Of a DNA stretch of 64,000 nt, positions 27,314 to 36,343 are shown piece by piece (position 1 is the first letter of the stretch; each line of letters begins with the position of its first letter). The notes under the pieces were generated by a model, which saw only the letters and a program-made list of their open reading frames with translations, did no database searches and was not told the origin of the DNA. The stretch covers positions 96,001 to 160,000 of the forward strand of contig CAVZJB010000018.1 in the NCBI GenBank assembly GCA_963775425.1, in the 5' to 3' direction. The translations under genes were made by a program, and so were the position numbers. The stretch comes from an uncultured delta proteobacterium (lineage in GTDB: Bacteria > Myxococcota > UBA727 > VGSZ01).

Positions 27314-27568
27314 ATGCTTGAGCCCATGGTGACGATGAACATCTCGCTCGACGAAGACTTGGCGAAGGCCATCGAGGACCTCGCGAAGCGGACGAACCGG
27401 CCGGTGGACAGCATCGTCGCTGACGCCACTCGTGCGCACGTCGAGTACACACAGAGGCTCCTCGCTTCGATCGAAGCGGGCCTCGCGGACGCCGATGCCG
27501 GGCGCCTGCACACGATCGAGGAAGTCGAAGCCGAGCTCGCTCGTCGACGCGCTGCTCGAGCGCGCTGA
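27314..27568 (+). CDS. RHH/CopG-type antitoxin 1
   Basis: MNISLDEDLAKAIEDLA...SIEAGLADADAGRL; TGATG coupling to toxin. Confidence 0.85.
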   Translation: MLEPMVTMNISLDEDLAKAIEDLAKRTNRPVDSIVADATRAHVEYTQRLLASIEAGLADADAGRLHTIEEVEAELARRRAARAR

Positions 27569-27882
27569 TGCGCGTCGCGTTGACGACGCAGGCGCTCGAG
27601 CGGCTCGCCGACATCGAAGCCTTCGTGGGCGTGAAGAACCCCGAGGCCGCGGCGAAGATCTCCGCGAAGATCACGGCGAAGGCCCGCAAGCTCGAAGACC
27701 TCGGCTTCGCCCGCCTCGGGCGCAAGGTGCCCGAGCTCGACGTGGACGACATCCGCGAGGTGCTCGAAGGCAACTACAGGATCCTCTACCGCATCCACAG
27801 CGACGACTTCCTCGAAGTGATCACCATCTTCGACGGAAGGCAGGAGGAGTTCCCCTTCGACGACGTCCTCGACGGAGAGTGA
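27568..27882 (+). CDS. RelE/ParE-family toxin 1
   Basis: MRVALTTQALERLADI...LGRKVPEL...IREVLEGNYRILYRI...VITIFDGRQ. Confidence 0.88.
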   Translation: MRVALTTQALERLADIEAFVGVKNPEAAAKISAKITAKARKLEDLGFARLGRKVPELDVDDIREVLEGNYRILYRIHSDDFLEVITIFDGRQEEFPFDDVLDGE

Positions 27883-27889
27883 GCCCAGC

Positions 27890-27966
27890 CGAACGCCCGC
27901 CGCGCTCCCCCTCGACCACAGCCGAAATCGCCCCGGCCCCCAAACAGCTCCGGAGTACGCCCGCCG
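27890..27966. repeat. 77-bp identical repeat after TA pair 1 (copy 2 at 32798-32874)
   Basis: CGAACGCCCGCCGCGCTCCCCCTCGACC...CCGGAGTACGCCCGCCG identical in both copies. Confidence 0.92.
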
Positions 27967-27970
27967 CGGC

Positions 27971-28000
27971 GTGCGACGATAATGGCCCATTATCGCGCAC
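27971..28000. other. Palindrome, candidate recombinase site 1
   Basis: GTGCGA-CGATAATGG-C-CCATTATCG-CGCAC; perfect 9-bp arms, TAA-N7-TTA core. Confidence 0.55.
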
Positions 28001-28203
28001 GGCCCGCGTCACGAGCCGTGCAAGCAGACCGTCGACGAGAGTCTCATCGTCAAGGCAGCACGCGCCGCGCCCGGCTTCGCGTGCGTCGTCGCCGCCGGCT
28101 CGCTGCGCTCGCCGTCGTCGACGACACACGCTCTCGCCGGGCACGTCGACGTGCAACCCTCAGAAACTCGCACGGCTCGCGCCGCGGCCTACCCGCGGCG
28201 GGC

Positions 28204-28231
28204 TTGACGTAACGCCAGGGCGTTACGTCAA
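28204..28231. other. 28-bp palindrome, candidate recombinase site 2
   Basis: TTGACGTAACGCC-AG-GGCGTTACGTCAA, perfect 13-bp arms; TTACGTCAA resembles the XerD arm TTATGTTAA. Confidence 0.6.
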
Positions 28232-28695
28232 CTCCGGAGCGCCCGTGTCCGTCGACGAGAGATGCCGGGGCGCCGAGACCGCCCACCCACCCCGCGCGGC
28301 GGGCTCCGCGACCACAGCCGCGCGCGCAGCCGCCGCGAGCACAGCCCGACGTGCGCGTCACGGGTCGTGCAGCCCGCGCGTCGCGTCGCTCACCTCGAGA
28401 CGCACGGCCCGCGCCGCGCCGCACGCCGCTCGAGTCTGCCGGCCCGAGGCCCGCGCTGCGCGCGCGGGCTCGCGTTCACCGCAGGGCCTCCGAGCGCGCC
28501 GGCCACGAGGCCGGCCCCGCGCTCGTCGGCGAAGCCAGCGCCCCGCTGTTGCACGATCCCCACGGCGCCGCTGACGGCGCTACCCTTGACCTCGTGGAGG
28601 CCGCAGAGCTCGCCTCAGGCGCTCTTGTCGCACGACGCCCACCCGCGCCGGGCGACCTCGTCGCGCTACGGTACGACGCGTCTGAACGAACCTTC

Positions 28696-30266
28696 CCCGA
28701 GCTCGGACAGTTCACCGGACCCGACCCACTCGCGATGGGCACGGCGTACGGGCACTTCGGTGCCCAGGCCTACGGCTATGCCGCAGGGCGGCCGTTCGCG
28801 TTCGTCGATCCCGATGGTTTGCAGGACCAGAACAAGGTCGTCATGGAGCCCGCTGGCGGGTCTCCCGTCGAGCTCGCTAACGGCGGGTCTGCGGGCGAAG
28901 CAGCCGCTGGAGAAGAAGTCGCTGAAGCTGCTGCCAGCACAAGCCTCCGAAGGATGGGCACAAGACTCGTGTGCTTCAGCACTCCGCTCTGTGCTGCTTT
29001 GTTGCTTACCGCGATGATCGATAACGACGACGACGTTTCGGGCGCGAACCGCCCGCGCGCAACAACGTCCACAAAAGGGCCGCGTCTTGTTTTCGAACAA
29101 CCACCAACGAATATGGCGACGTGCTCGAAGTCGACGAGCTCGACGACCTCGACGTCTACCGGCAACGCGCGGCTGAGGGCTTCGGGCAGCGCGCTCAGCT
29201 CCGGCGCCGCGTCTTGAACACAGTGCACCCGCGCGTGGGGGTTGGCATCGAGGAGCCACACAACGTCGGCGGCGACGCGGTCGGCGAGTTGCGCAGGATC
29301 GGCGTCGGCCTCGACTGCGCACCTCCACGTGCCCAGCTCGTCGCCCTTCGTGTCGTAGGCCGTCGTGCTGCCCACCCACGCCATGCGGTAGTGCTGCTCG
29401 CTCGGCGGTGGAGGCGCTCGCTCGTAGGGCTCAGCGCGAGTGCGCGCCGCGCCGTCGACGATCTCGTTCATGCGCACCGCCATTCGGTCCAGGCCGCAGC
29501 TCACCGACGCGACGCCGCGCGGCGGTCCCTCGTCGTCGCGCGAGGCCTGTTCGAGCTCCGCGGCGGCATCTGCGACCTCGACGCCGATGCGGGTCACGTG
29601 GTCTTGGAGGAACGCGCGACTCGGTGGAACGTAGCCGACGGCGACGAGGGTCCGGTCCAACGCGCGGCTGTTGTGATCCGCGGTCAAGCGACCGACGACG
29701 CGCGCCATGTCCGGCGTCATCTGCTCGACGATACCGACGCGGAGCTCGATCGGCTTGATCGTCGGACCGTTGTGCACGCCGACCGCGCGATAGAGCGCCT
29801 CCTCGATGTGATGCGCGCCGAAGCGGCCGAAGTACGTCGCCGACGAGGCCTGCTCAAGTCGGCGGAACTTCTTGCCATCGACGTCGACTTCCTCTCCGTT
29901 CGTCACCAACTCGCGCAGGTCGTCGTCCTCCGCCTTCCACAAGGCGTCCCTCATGATTTCGTAGTCAGCGTCGCGTCGCTGCTCGAACGTCGCGTTCGGC
30001 CCCACGCGCTCCTGGCGGGCGCGCCGCAGTTTCTCCACCATGTCGTCGACGAGCTTCGCGCGCTCCGGGCTCATCGCTGGCCTTCCACGCACCGGCTTCT
30101 TCGTGGGGGGCGCCTTCGGTGTGAAGAAGCTCTGCATGCGCTTGAAGAACTGCAAGGGCAGACCGGCGCGATCGCGTACCTCAAGCGCAAGTATTGGCTG
30201 CTTTCCGTCGATTCCAATTGTCCCGAGGGCACGGCTCAAGCGGCTCATGAACAATATGGTGGGTAA
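28696..30266 (+). pseudogene. Orphan Rhs core tip plus C-terminal toxin, split by an IS fragment
   Basis: PELGQFTGPDPLAMGTAYGHFGAQAYGYAAGRPFAFVDPDG nearly duplicates the main Rhs core end; unrelated low-GC extension follows; frame rejoins if 29114-30117 is removed. Confidence 0.8.
29114..30117 (-). mobile_element. Inverted 1004-bp internal fragment of the IS transposase (23471-24474), no IRs
   Basis: Reverse complement matches at both ends with equal length; ORF-track translations are identical. Confidence 0.92.
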
Positions 30267-30293
30267 AGCCACCCGCAAGAAACGACCATTTAC

Positions 30294-30899
30294 GTGCAAC
30301 CCCTCCCGCCCATTTCAGATGACTTAGAAGTCAAGCTCTTTCTCGAGACGCTCGCCGAGACATTCAGCGATAGGCAAATTACAGAGGTAACTTGTGCGAC
30401 GTCCATGTTTCGGCCGAACCCCATCAGCCGACTGCGCTCACGGGTACAGTTCTCCTTCCACGATCCTGTGGCAAAATTTGGAGCTGATCTCGACGTGCGA
30501 ATCCGCGACGAGGAAAGTAACACGGAAATTGGCGACATAGAGTGTTGCCGCGGGCGGACCGTGCTGCGTGCGAACGGAAGGAGCACAGAATTTCCATCAT
30601 TAAGAGGGGCACTTCAGTCGTTTGAAAACGCAACGGCTTCGGGGAGTGTTCACCTTGCTTGGTTCATATTTCCGTTGGATGACGAATGGTGGCGTAGCCA
30701 ACTGATATCTGGGAAATTCTTGCCCCCATCGCCTTCGGGTGTGGTCCGAATTCAACTAAGATGCGATGTTCCTGGCCTAGAATCAGAAGGGCATGATGTT
30801 GAAATATTAAACGGGTTAATCACAAAAGTGGTTGATGTTTCAAGAACTGGCGCGAGAAGTATTGACGAGATAGAATATACGTTCGCCGACCGTAATTGA
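30294..30899 (+). CDS. Low-GC hypothetical protein, candidate immunity protein for the orphan toxin
   Basis: AT-rich ORF 27 bp after the reconstructed toxin stop. Confidence 0.6.
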   Translation: MQPLPPISDDLEVKLFLETLAETFSDRQITEVTCATSMFRPNPISRLRSRVQFSFHDPVAKFGADLDVRIRDEESNTEIGDIECCRGRTVLRANGRSTEFPSLRGALQSFENATASGSVHLAWFIFPLDDEWWRSQLISGKFLPPSPSGVVRIQLRCDVPGLESEGHDVEILNGLITKVVDVSRTGARSIDEIEYTFADRN

Positions 30900-31314
30900 A
30901 CAACCTGAGGCGGCGGCATCGACGAATGCGCATAATGAAAAACGTCCGACATACGAAGTTTGAGGTTCGATCTCGCCATTCAGCAAGCGGCGTCTGGCGT
31001 CGACGCCGCTGTCTGCCGCGAGACAGCACGCCGCGCCTTGCTCTGCGCGCGAAGCCGGAAGGAGCGTGGTTTCGCGATCGAGTTCTTGGCACGTTCAGAG
31101 CGTTCCAGCTTTGTGGCCTACAGGTTGACCCGCCAACTCGTTCAACTGTTGCCAGAACTCCCACATGTATGGCGACTCCACTATTCGCAATGCAGTCGCT
31201 TGCGGATACCGCCGGGCCGCCGCGACTGCGAAGCGACAATACGCCGAGCGAAGAAGAGCGCGCGTTGCGGACAAAGCGTCGAAGTCTTTTCCGCCGGAGT
31301 AGCTCTGACGCCCA

Positions 31315-31620
31315 CTACGCGGCCGCCCAACGCTTCGCCTCTGCGTTGAGGATGAGGGCTTCGAGGACGGCCTTGATGTCCTCGCGGTCGAGCTTCTTGA
31401 TGGCCTCGAACTGGAGCTGAAGCTCCTCGTCGGGCTGCCCGCGCTCGTGGGAGACGCGGAGTGAGCTGGCGAGGGCGCGGATGACCTCGAGGGAGGGCTC
31501 TGCGTTACCCGCCTCGTAGCGCTTGATCTGGATGACGTGGACGCCGGCCCTCTTGGCGAGAGCGGCCTGGGTGATGCCCTTTTGCTCCCTGAGGGCGACG
31601 AGCCTCTTCGAAAACGCGTG
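31315..31620 (-). pseudogene. Xre-family HTH repressor lacking its start (not in the ORF track)
   Basis: Hand translation AFSKRLVALREQKGITQAALAKRAGVHVIQIKRYEAGNAEPSLEVIRALASSLRVS...LQFEAIKKLDREDIKAVLEALILNAEAKRWAAA*. Confidence 0.8.
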
Positions 31621-32235
31621 CGCGACCGCGCCATCCTCAAGGTGCTCTACTCCACCGGCGTCCGCAGGCTCGAGCTATGCGGGCTCAAGGTGTTCGACCT
31701 CGACGAGGACCGGGGCGTCCTCGCCGTGCGCCAGGGCAAGGGCAAGAAGGACCGCATCGTTCCGATCGGCGCCCGCGCCCTCGCCTGGGTGCGCAAGTAC
31801 CTCGACGAGGCCCGGCCCCGCGCGGCCATCGAGCCCGACGACGGCTGGCTGTTCTTGAACGAGCACGGAGAGGCCATCGGGCCCACCTGGCTCTCGCAGA
31901 CCGTGAGCCAGCACGTCGACGCCGCCAACCTGAAAAAGCGCGGGAGCTGCCACCTCTTCCGCCACACCATGGCCACGCTGCTCCTCGAGGGAGGCGCCGA
32001 CATCCGCTCCATCCAGGAGACGCTCGGGCACGCCTCGCTTGAGACCACGCAGGTCTACACCCATGTCTCCATCGACAAGCTCAAGGCCGTCCACGCCATG
32101 GCCCACCCCGCCCACCTCGACAGGCCCGCGAAGCCGCCGCCGCCGCCGCCGGACGACGAACCCACGGCGCGCGCGGATTTGCTGGCCGCCCTCGACGAGG
32201 AGCACGACGACGACAACGCGAAGGGAAGACGATAA
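31619..32235 (+). pseudogene. Second XerC/D-like recombinase copy, catalytic domain only
   Basis: Near-identical to 26705-27300 from RDRAIL onward; fused to the HTH remnant. Confidence 0.85.
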
Positions 32236-32236
32236 G

Positions 32237-32497
32237 ATGAACACCATGGTGACGACGACGGTGCCGGTGGCGATCGATGAAGACGTGCGGGAGCGCCTGG
32301 AGCGCCTCGCGGCCGAGAACGAGGAGAACGCGAACCGCCTCGTGAACGCCGCGCTGCGCGAGCTCCTCGACTACAACGAGCAGCTCAACGCCTCGATCGC
32401 CCGCGGCCTCGCCGACGCCGAGGCCGGTCGCCTGATGACGACGGAAGAGCTCCTGCGTCGCCTCGAGGAACGCCGCAAGCAGCGCGCCTCACGATGA
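32237..32497 (+). CDS. RHH/CopG-type antitoxin 2
   Basis: VPVAIDEDVRERLERLA...SIARGLADAEAGRL; ATGA coupling to toxin. Confidence 0.85.
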   Translation: MNTMVTTTVPVAIDEDVRERLERLAAENEENANRLVNAALRELLDYNEQLNASIARGLADAEAGRLMTTEELLRRLEERRKQRASR

Positions 32498-32790
32498 AGG
32501 TGCGCTTCACCGACGAAGCGTACGAGTGCCTGGGGCGCATCGAGGATAGCTTCCCCAAGAACGGGAAGAAGATCGTCCTGCGCATCGTCGAGAAGACCGA
32601 TCTCCTCGTCGACAACCCGCAGCTCGGGCGCATGGTGCCCGAGCGTGGACGCCCCGATCTTCGCGAGCTCATCGAGCACGGCCACCGCGTCTTCTACGTG
32701 ATCGACGTCGACGAGATTCGCATCCTCACGATCTTCCACGGGAGCGCGCTCCCGCCTGACGTGAAGCTCGACCCCGTCGACGACGACTGA
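32494..32790 (+). CDS. RelE/ParE-family toxin 2
   Basis: MKVRFTDEAYECL...NPQLGRMVPE...LRELIEHGHRVFYVI...ILTIFHG. Confidence 0.88.
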   Translation: MKVRFTDEAYECLGRIEDSFPKNGKKIVLRIVEKTDLLVDNPQLGRMVPERGRPDLRELIEHGHRVFYVIDVDEIRILTIFHGSALPPDVKLDPVDDD

Positions 32791-32797
32791 GCCAGAG

Positions 32798-32874
32798 CGA
32801 ACGCCCGCCGCGCTCCCCCTCGACCACAGCCGAAATCGCCCCGGCCCCCAAACAGCTCCGGAGTACGCCCGCCG
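32798..32874. repeat. 77-bp repeat copy 2, at the island right boundary
   Basis: Identical to 27890-27966; abuts the duplicated host gene. Confidence 0.92.
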
Positions 32875-33539
32875 TCGCGCAGCTCGTTCTTCTTGGACCC
32901 GTAGACGAGCGCGGGCACCGCGCCGAGCGCGGCGCCGGCGACGCCGACGGCCGCGCCCACGCCGCCGCCGACCTCGAGGCCGAAGCGCAGGGTGTCGTTG
33001 ACGGCGAGCGCGGGCTTGTCCGGCGCGGCCTTCTTCGGCGCCTTGACCTCGACGGGTTTTCCGCCCGTGGCCTTCTCGAGGATGTCGTCGAGGGCGGGGC
33101 CGATCTTGTCCGGGAGCTCAGCGAGGCTCCAGCCCTGCACGCTCGCGCGCCCCTCGCCGCTCGCCACGCGAGCGTCGAAGAGCTGGAGCGCGACGACGAT
33201 GACGCCGTCGAGCTTCCCCGCGTGCGTGGACAGGACGAAGTCCGCGCCCATCGCGCCCGCGATCTCCGCGAGGCACGAGGTGCTCCCCTGGTCGCAGCCC
33301 ATCTGCTGCTTGTCCGCTTCGAGCGCGGCCATGTCCCGGATGTCCGTCGCCGACGTCACGTCGAGCGCCGGGAAGCGCGCCGCCCGCGCCGCGATGAACG
33401 TCGTCAGCGTCTCCGCCTGGCTCTTTTCGAGGTCCGGCGCGTTCACGTCGAGCACCAGCAGCTTCCAGCGCGCGACGGGGGCGTCGGCGCGCGCCGCAGG
33501 TGCGAGCGCGAGGACGACGAGCACGGCGAGAGAGCGCAC
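32874..33539 (-). pseudogene. 3'-truncated paralogue of 18364-19215
   Basis: Near-identical protein up to YGSKKNELRD, then reads into island sequence. Confidence 0.88.
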
Positions 33540-33943
33540 GCCCCGTTCCTAGCCGCAACGGTGCTGGCTGCCAACGTACCCCCGCCCAAAGGGACGGCCG
33601 CGCCGCCTGCCCGGCGGCGAGGCCCTTCCCTGCGGGCGCCCAGGTTCTCTTCGCGCCGAGAGCGGGCGCAAGGCCCCCAAGGTGCCGGTGGCGGGCGCCC
33701 TGCGGGAAGGACCTCGCCGCCGTCCCGGACGGCGGCGGTCCTTCCCCCTTTCGCCCCGGCGCCGGTGCCCCGCGCACAACCCGGCGCCACACGATCCGCG
33801 CCGCCGCTGCGTCCTTTGACGGAGTCGCGCCCACCCCGAGCGCGTCCGTGCGGCCTCTGCGTCGCATGTTCGATGGCCGCACACGCCGCCCGGGACCACG
33901 TTCCTCACGCCGGCCGTTGTCCCCCGGTCACGAGGAAACACAC

Positions 33944-34384
33944 ATGACCCCCCAGCTCCCGCGCTCCCTCGCAGTTCTGCTGTCGACACTCACCGCCGCC
34001 GGCGCCATGGTCGCGTTCGGCGTCGTGCTCTTGCGGCTCCCCGATCGCCCTGTGCCGGAGCGCCCAGCGCCGTTCGTCGACGCACAGACCCCACAGTCGC
34101 TCCCTTCACCCTCCGAGGCGGGCAGCGCTTCAGGCCGCGAGGCGGCGTCGGAGGCGAAGGCGCCGCCCGCCGACGCCGCGCGGAACGCCGACGACGCCGA
34201 GGACTCCGACGACTCCGATGACTCCGACCCCGGGGCGGCGCGCGTCGCCTGGGCCGACCCGGCGCGAGCCCACGATGACGACGACGAAGAAGACGCAGTT
34301 GAACGCAGCCATCGCGACCGCCGGCACGAGCGGCGCGCGCGCGAAGACGATCACGACGAGCACGAACGTGGAGAGCGCGAGTGA
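33944..34384 (+). CDS. Membrane-anchored protein with acidic/His-rich disordered tail
   Basis: GAGGA RBS; N-terminal hydrophobic helix; GTGA coupling to next gene. Confidence 0.65.
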   Translation: MTPQLPRSLAVLLSTLTAAGAMVAFGVVLLRLPDRPVPERPAPFVDAQTPQSLPSPSEAGSASGREAASEAKAPPADAARNADDAEDSDDSDDSDPGAARVAWADPARAHDDDDEEDAVERSHRDRRHERRAREDDHDEHERGERE

Positions 34385-34671
34385 CCGTCACAGGCCACAC
34401 CTCCTCCGAGCGCGTCTTCCTGCGCGCCGGCCTGCTCGTGGCGTCGACGCTCGGAACGATCGCGCTCGCCCTTGGGCTCGCCGCGAGTGATCGGCGCGAG
34501 GCGCGCGCCAACCCTGCGCCGACACCGTCGCAGCAGGCGTCGTCGTCGTCACCGCCGCTCGCGCGCGCGCCGGCGCCGGGGACGGAGGTCGCTTCCGCCG
34601 CCGCGAGCAAGCCGCGGCCCCGCGCTCGTCATCGGCCGCGCCCCATCGCCGTCTCTCGCTCTTCGAGGTGA
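34381..34671 (+). CDS. Small membrane-anchored protein ending IAVSRSSR
   Basis: Hydrophobic helix, Pro/Ser linker; in operon with apbE. Confidence 0.65.
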   Translation: MTVTGHTSSERVFLRAGLLVASTLGTIALALGLAASDRREARANPAPTPSQQASSSSPPLARAPAPGTEVASAAASKPRPRARHRPRPIAVSRSSR

Positions 34672-34674
34672 ATC

Positions 34675-35604
34675 ATGCGCGAGCTCTCGGTCCACGCCCT
34701 CGGCTCGTCCATCAACGCGTTCATCGACAACGATGCGCCGGGCGCGGTGCAAGCGCTCGCCACCCTGCCGCGCTGGCTCGCGCGCATCGACGCGACGCTG
34801 AGCCGCTTCCGCAAAGACAGCGAGCTCTCCCGGCTCAATGAACGGCGCAGCACCGTCGACGCGAGCGACGGGCTCATCGCTGCCGTCAGCGTCGCGCTGG
34901 CGGCCGCCAGGGAGACGGACGGCCTCGTGACGCCGACCGTCCTGCCGGCGCTCCTCGACGCGGGTTATGCGTGCACGTTCGAACCGAACGACGCGGGTGT
35001 GCACGCGGCCGAGGATCGGGCCGTCGGCGCCGTCCCTGACTGGCGCGACGTGGAGCTCGACCGCGAGGCGCACGCCATCCGGTTGCCGCCCGGCGTCTCT
35101 CTCGACGTCGGCGGGACCGCAAAGGGCGCATGGGCCGACGCCGCCGCGCGAACGCTCGAGCGCGCCGGCCCCGCGCTCGTCGACGCCGGCGGTGACGTCG
35201 CTGTCAGCGGACCCCGCCGCGACGGCACGCCATGGCCGGTGGGGATCGCCGACCCGCGCGAGCCCGAAGAGCTGCTCGAGGTCATCGCCGTCGTGTCGGG
35301 CGGCGTCGCGACCTCGGGGCGCGACTATCGAACGTGGCGCGTGCGCGGCGGACGCTCCGCACATCACGTCATCGATCCGCGCACCGGCGCGCCGGCGCAG
35401 AGCGACGTGCTCGCCGCCACCATCGTCGGCCCGAGCGCGCTCGACGCCGAGATCGCCGCGAAGGTGGTGTGCATCCTCGGCACCGCCGACGGGCTCGCGT
35501 ACATCGATGCCCGCGCGGCGCTCGCGGCGCTCGTTGTTCGCGATGACGGTCGCGTCGTTGCCAGCCGGCGCTTCGGCGCGCACGTGTGGATGGAGGCAGC
35601 ATGA
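34675..35604 (+). CDS. apbE: FAD:protein FMN transferase
   Basis: LSRFRKDSELSRLN, LDVGGTAKG, VDAGGD, VATSG, HHVIDPRTG motifs. Confidence 0.92.
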   Translation: MRELSVHALGSSINAFIDNDAPGAVQALATLPRWLARIDATLSRFRKDSELSRLNERRSTVDASDGLIAAVSVALAAARETDGLVTPTVLPALLDAGYACTFEPNDAGVHAAEDRAVGAVPDWRDVELDREAHAIRLPPGVSLDVGGTAKGAWADAAARTLERAGPALVDAGGDVAVSGPRRDGTPWPVGIADPREPEELLEVIAVVSGGVATSGRDYRTWRVRGGRSAHHVIDPRTGAPAQSDVLAATIVGPSALDAEIAAKVVCILGTADGLAYIDARAALAALVVRDDGRVVASRRFGAHVWMEAA

Positions 35605-36134
35605 GCGCCCTTCCGAGCGATCTCGCCGCCGTCGACGTAGACGTCTTCGTGCGTGCCACCGGCTTCGCCACCTTCGCGCTCTCGTGGCTCGCCGTGTTCG
35701 CCGGCGCCACCATCACGAGCCGCGCCGGTCGTTCGCTGTCACCCGCGCGAATCTCCATCGAGCTTCACCGGCAAGCGAGCGCGCTCGCGCTTGCCTTCGG
35801 CGCCCTGCACGGCGTCGTGCTGCTCGCGCTGAAGGGGCGCGTGCCTTGGCCCGGGGTCGCGCCGGAGCTCGACGCGGGCTGGCTGGCCCTCGCGATCTTC
35901 GCCGCCGGCGCAGCGAGCTACGCCGCCCGCGCGCTGCTTGGCCCGCGCGCGTGGCGCCGCGTTCATGCGCTGGCGTACATCGGATTTGTCTCCGGCCTCG
36001 TGCACGCACTCAGCGCGGGCGGCGACGCCGGCTCGATCTGGGCCCAAGGACTCTGGCTTGCGGCGGTCACGAGCGTCGTCTTCGTCTCGGTGTGGCGCTT
36101 GCTCGCCGTCAGGCCCGCGTTGCCCGCCGCCTGA
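35601..36134 (+). CDS. Ferric-reductase-like (MsrQ-like) heme-b membrane protein
   Basis: About 5 TM helices; His motifs ELHR, ALHG, WRRVHALAY, LVHAL. Confidence 0.75.
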   Translation: MSALPSDLAAVDVDVFVRATGFATFALSWLAVFAGATITSRAGRSLSPARISIELHRQASALALAFGALHGVVLLALKGRVPWPGVAPELDAGWLALAIFAAGAASYAARALLGPRAWRRVHALAYIGFVSGLVHALSAGGDAGSIWAQGLWLAAVTSVVFVSVWRLLAVRPALPAA

Positions 36135-36270
36135 GCTCCGGCGCGGTATGTGCGTTGCCTCCGCTGGAGGTGCAGGGCAGGTGCAGCCGTACCTCGGCGG
36201 ACGCAAGAGCGCGGCGAGCTTTGCGTCGTCGTCCGCGGAGTCCGCGTCGACGAGGGCGGCGGCGCGCGCG

Positions 36271-36336
36271 ATGTTCATGCAAGGTGCAGTGACTCTATGT
36301 TCATGCAAGGTGCAGTGACTCTATGTTCATGCAAGG
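36271..36336 (+). repeat. 26-bp tandem repeat x2.5 upstream of LuxR gene
   Basis: ATGTTCATGCAAGGTGCAGTGACTCT at 36271, 36297 and partial at 36323. Confidence 0.92.
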
Positions 36337-36343
36337 AGCTGAC

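Larger units (their letters stand above)
19423..32873. mobile_element. Decayed Rhs toxin / tyrosine recombinase / TA genomic island
   Basis: Bounded by the ~870-bp duplication; contains Rhs core, orphan Rhs tip, low-GC immunity-like genes, two Xer-like recombinases, two TA pairs, Xre HTH and IS elements. Confidence 0.75.

Noticed and set aside
30927-30937. TGCGCATAATG matching the XerC arm of dif
   Set aside because: No XerD arm at the right spacing; an 11-nt match in an AT-rich patch may be chance
36271-36336. CRISPR array
   Set aside because: Repeats are contiguous with no spacers and there are no cas genes; no CRISPR array, tRNA or rRNA was recognised anywhere in the window
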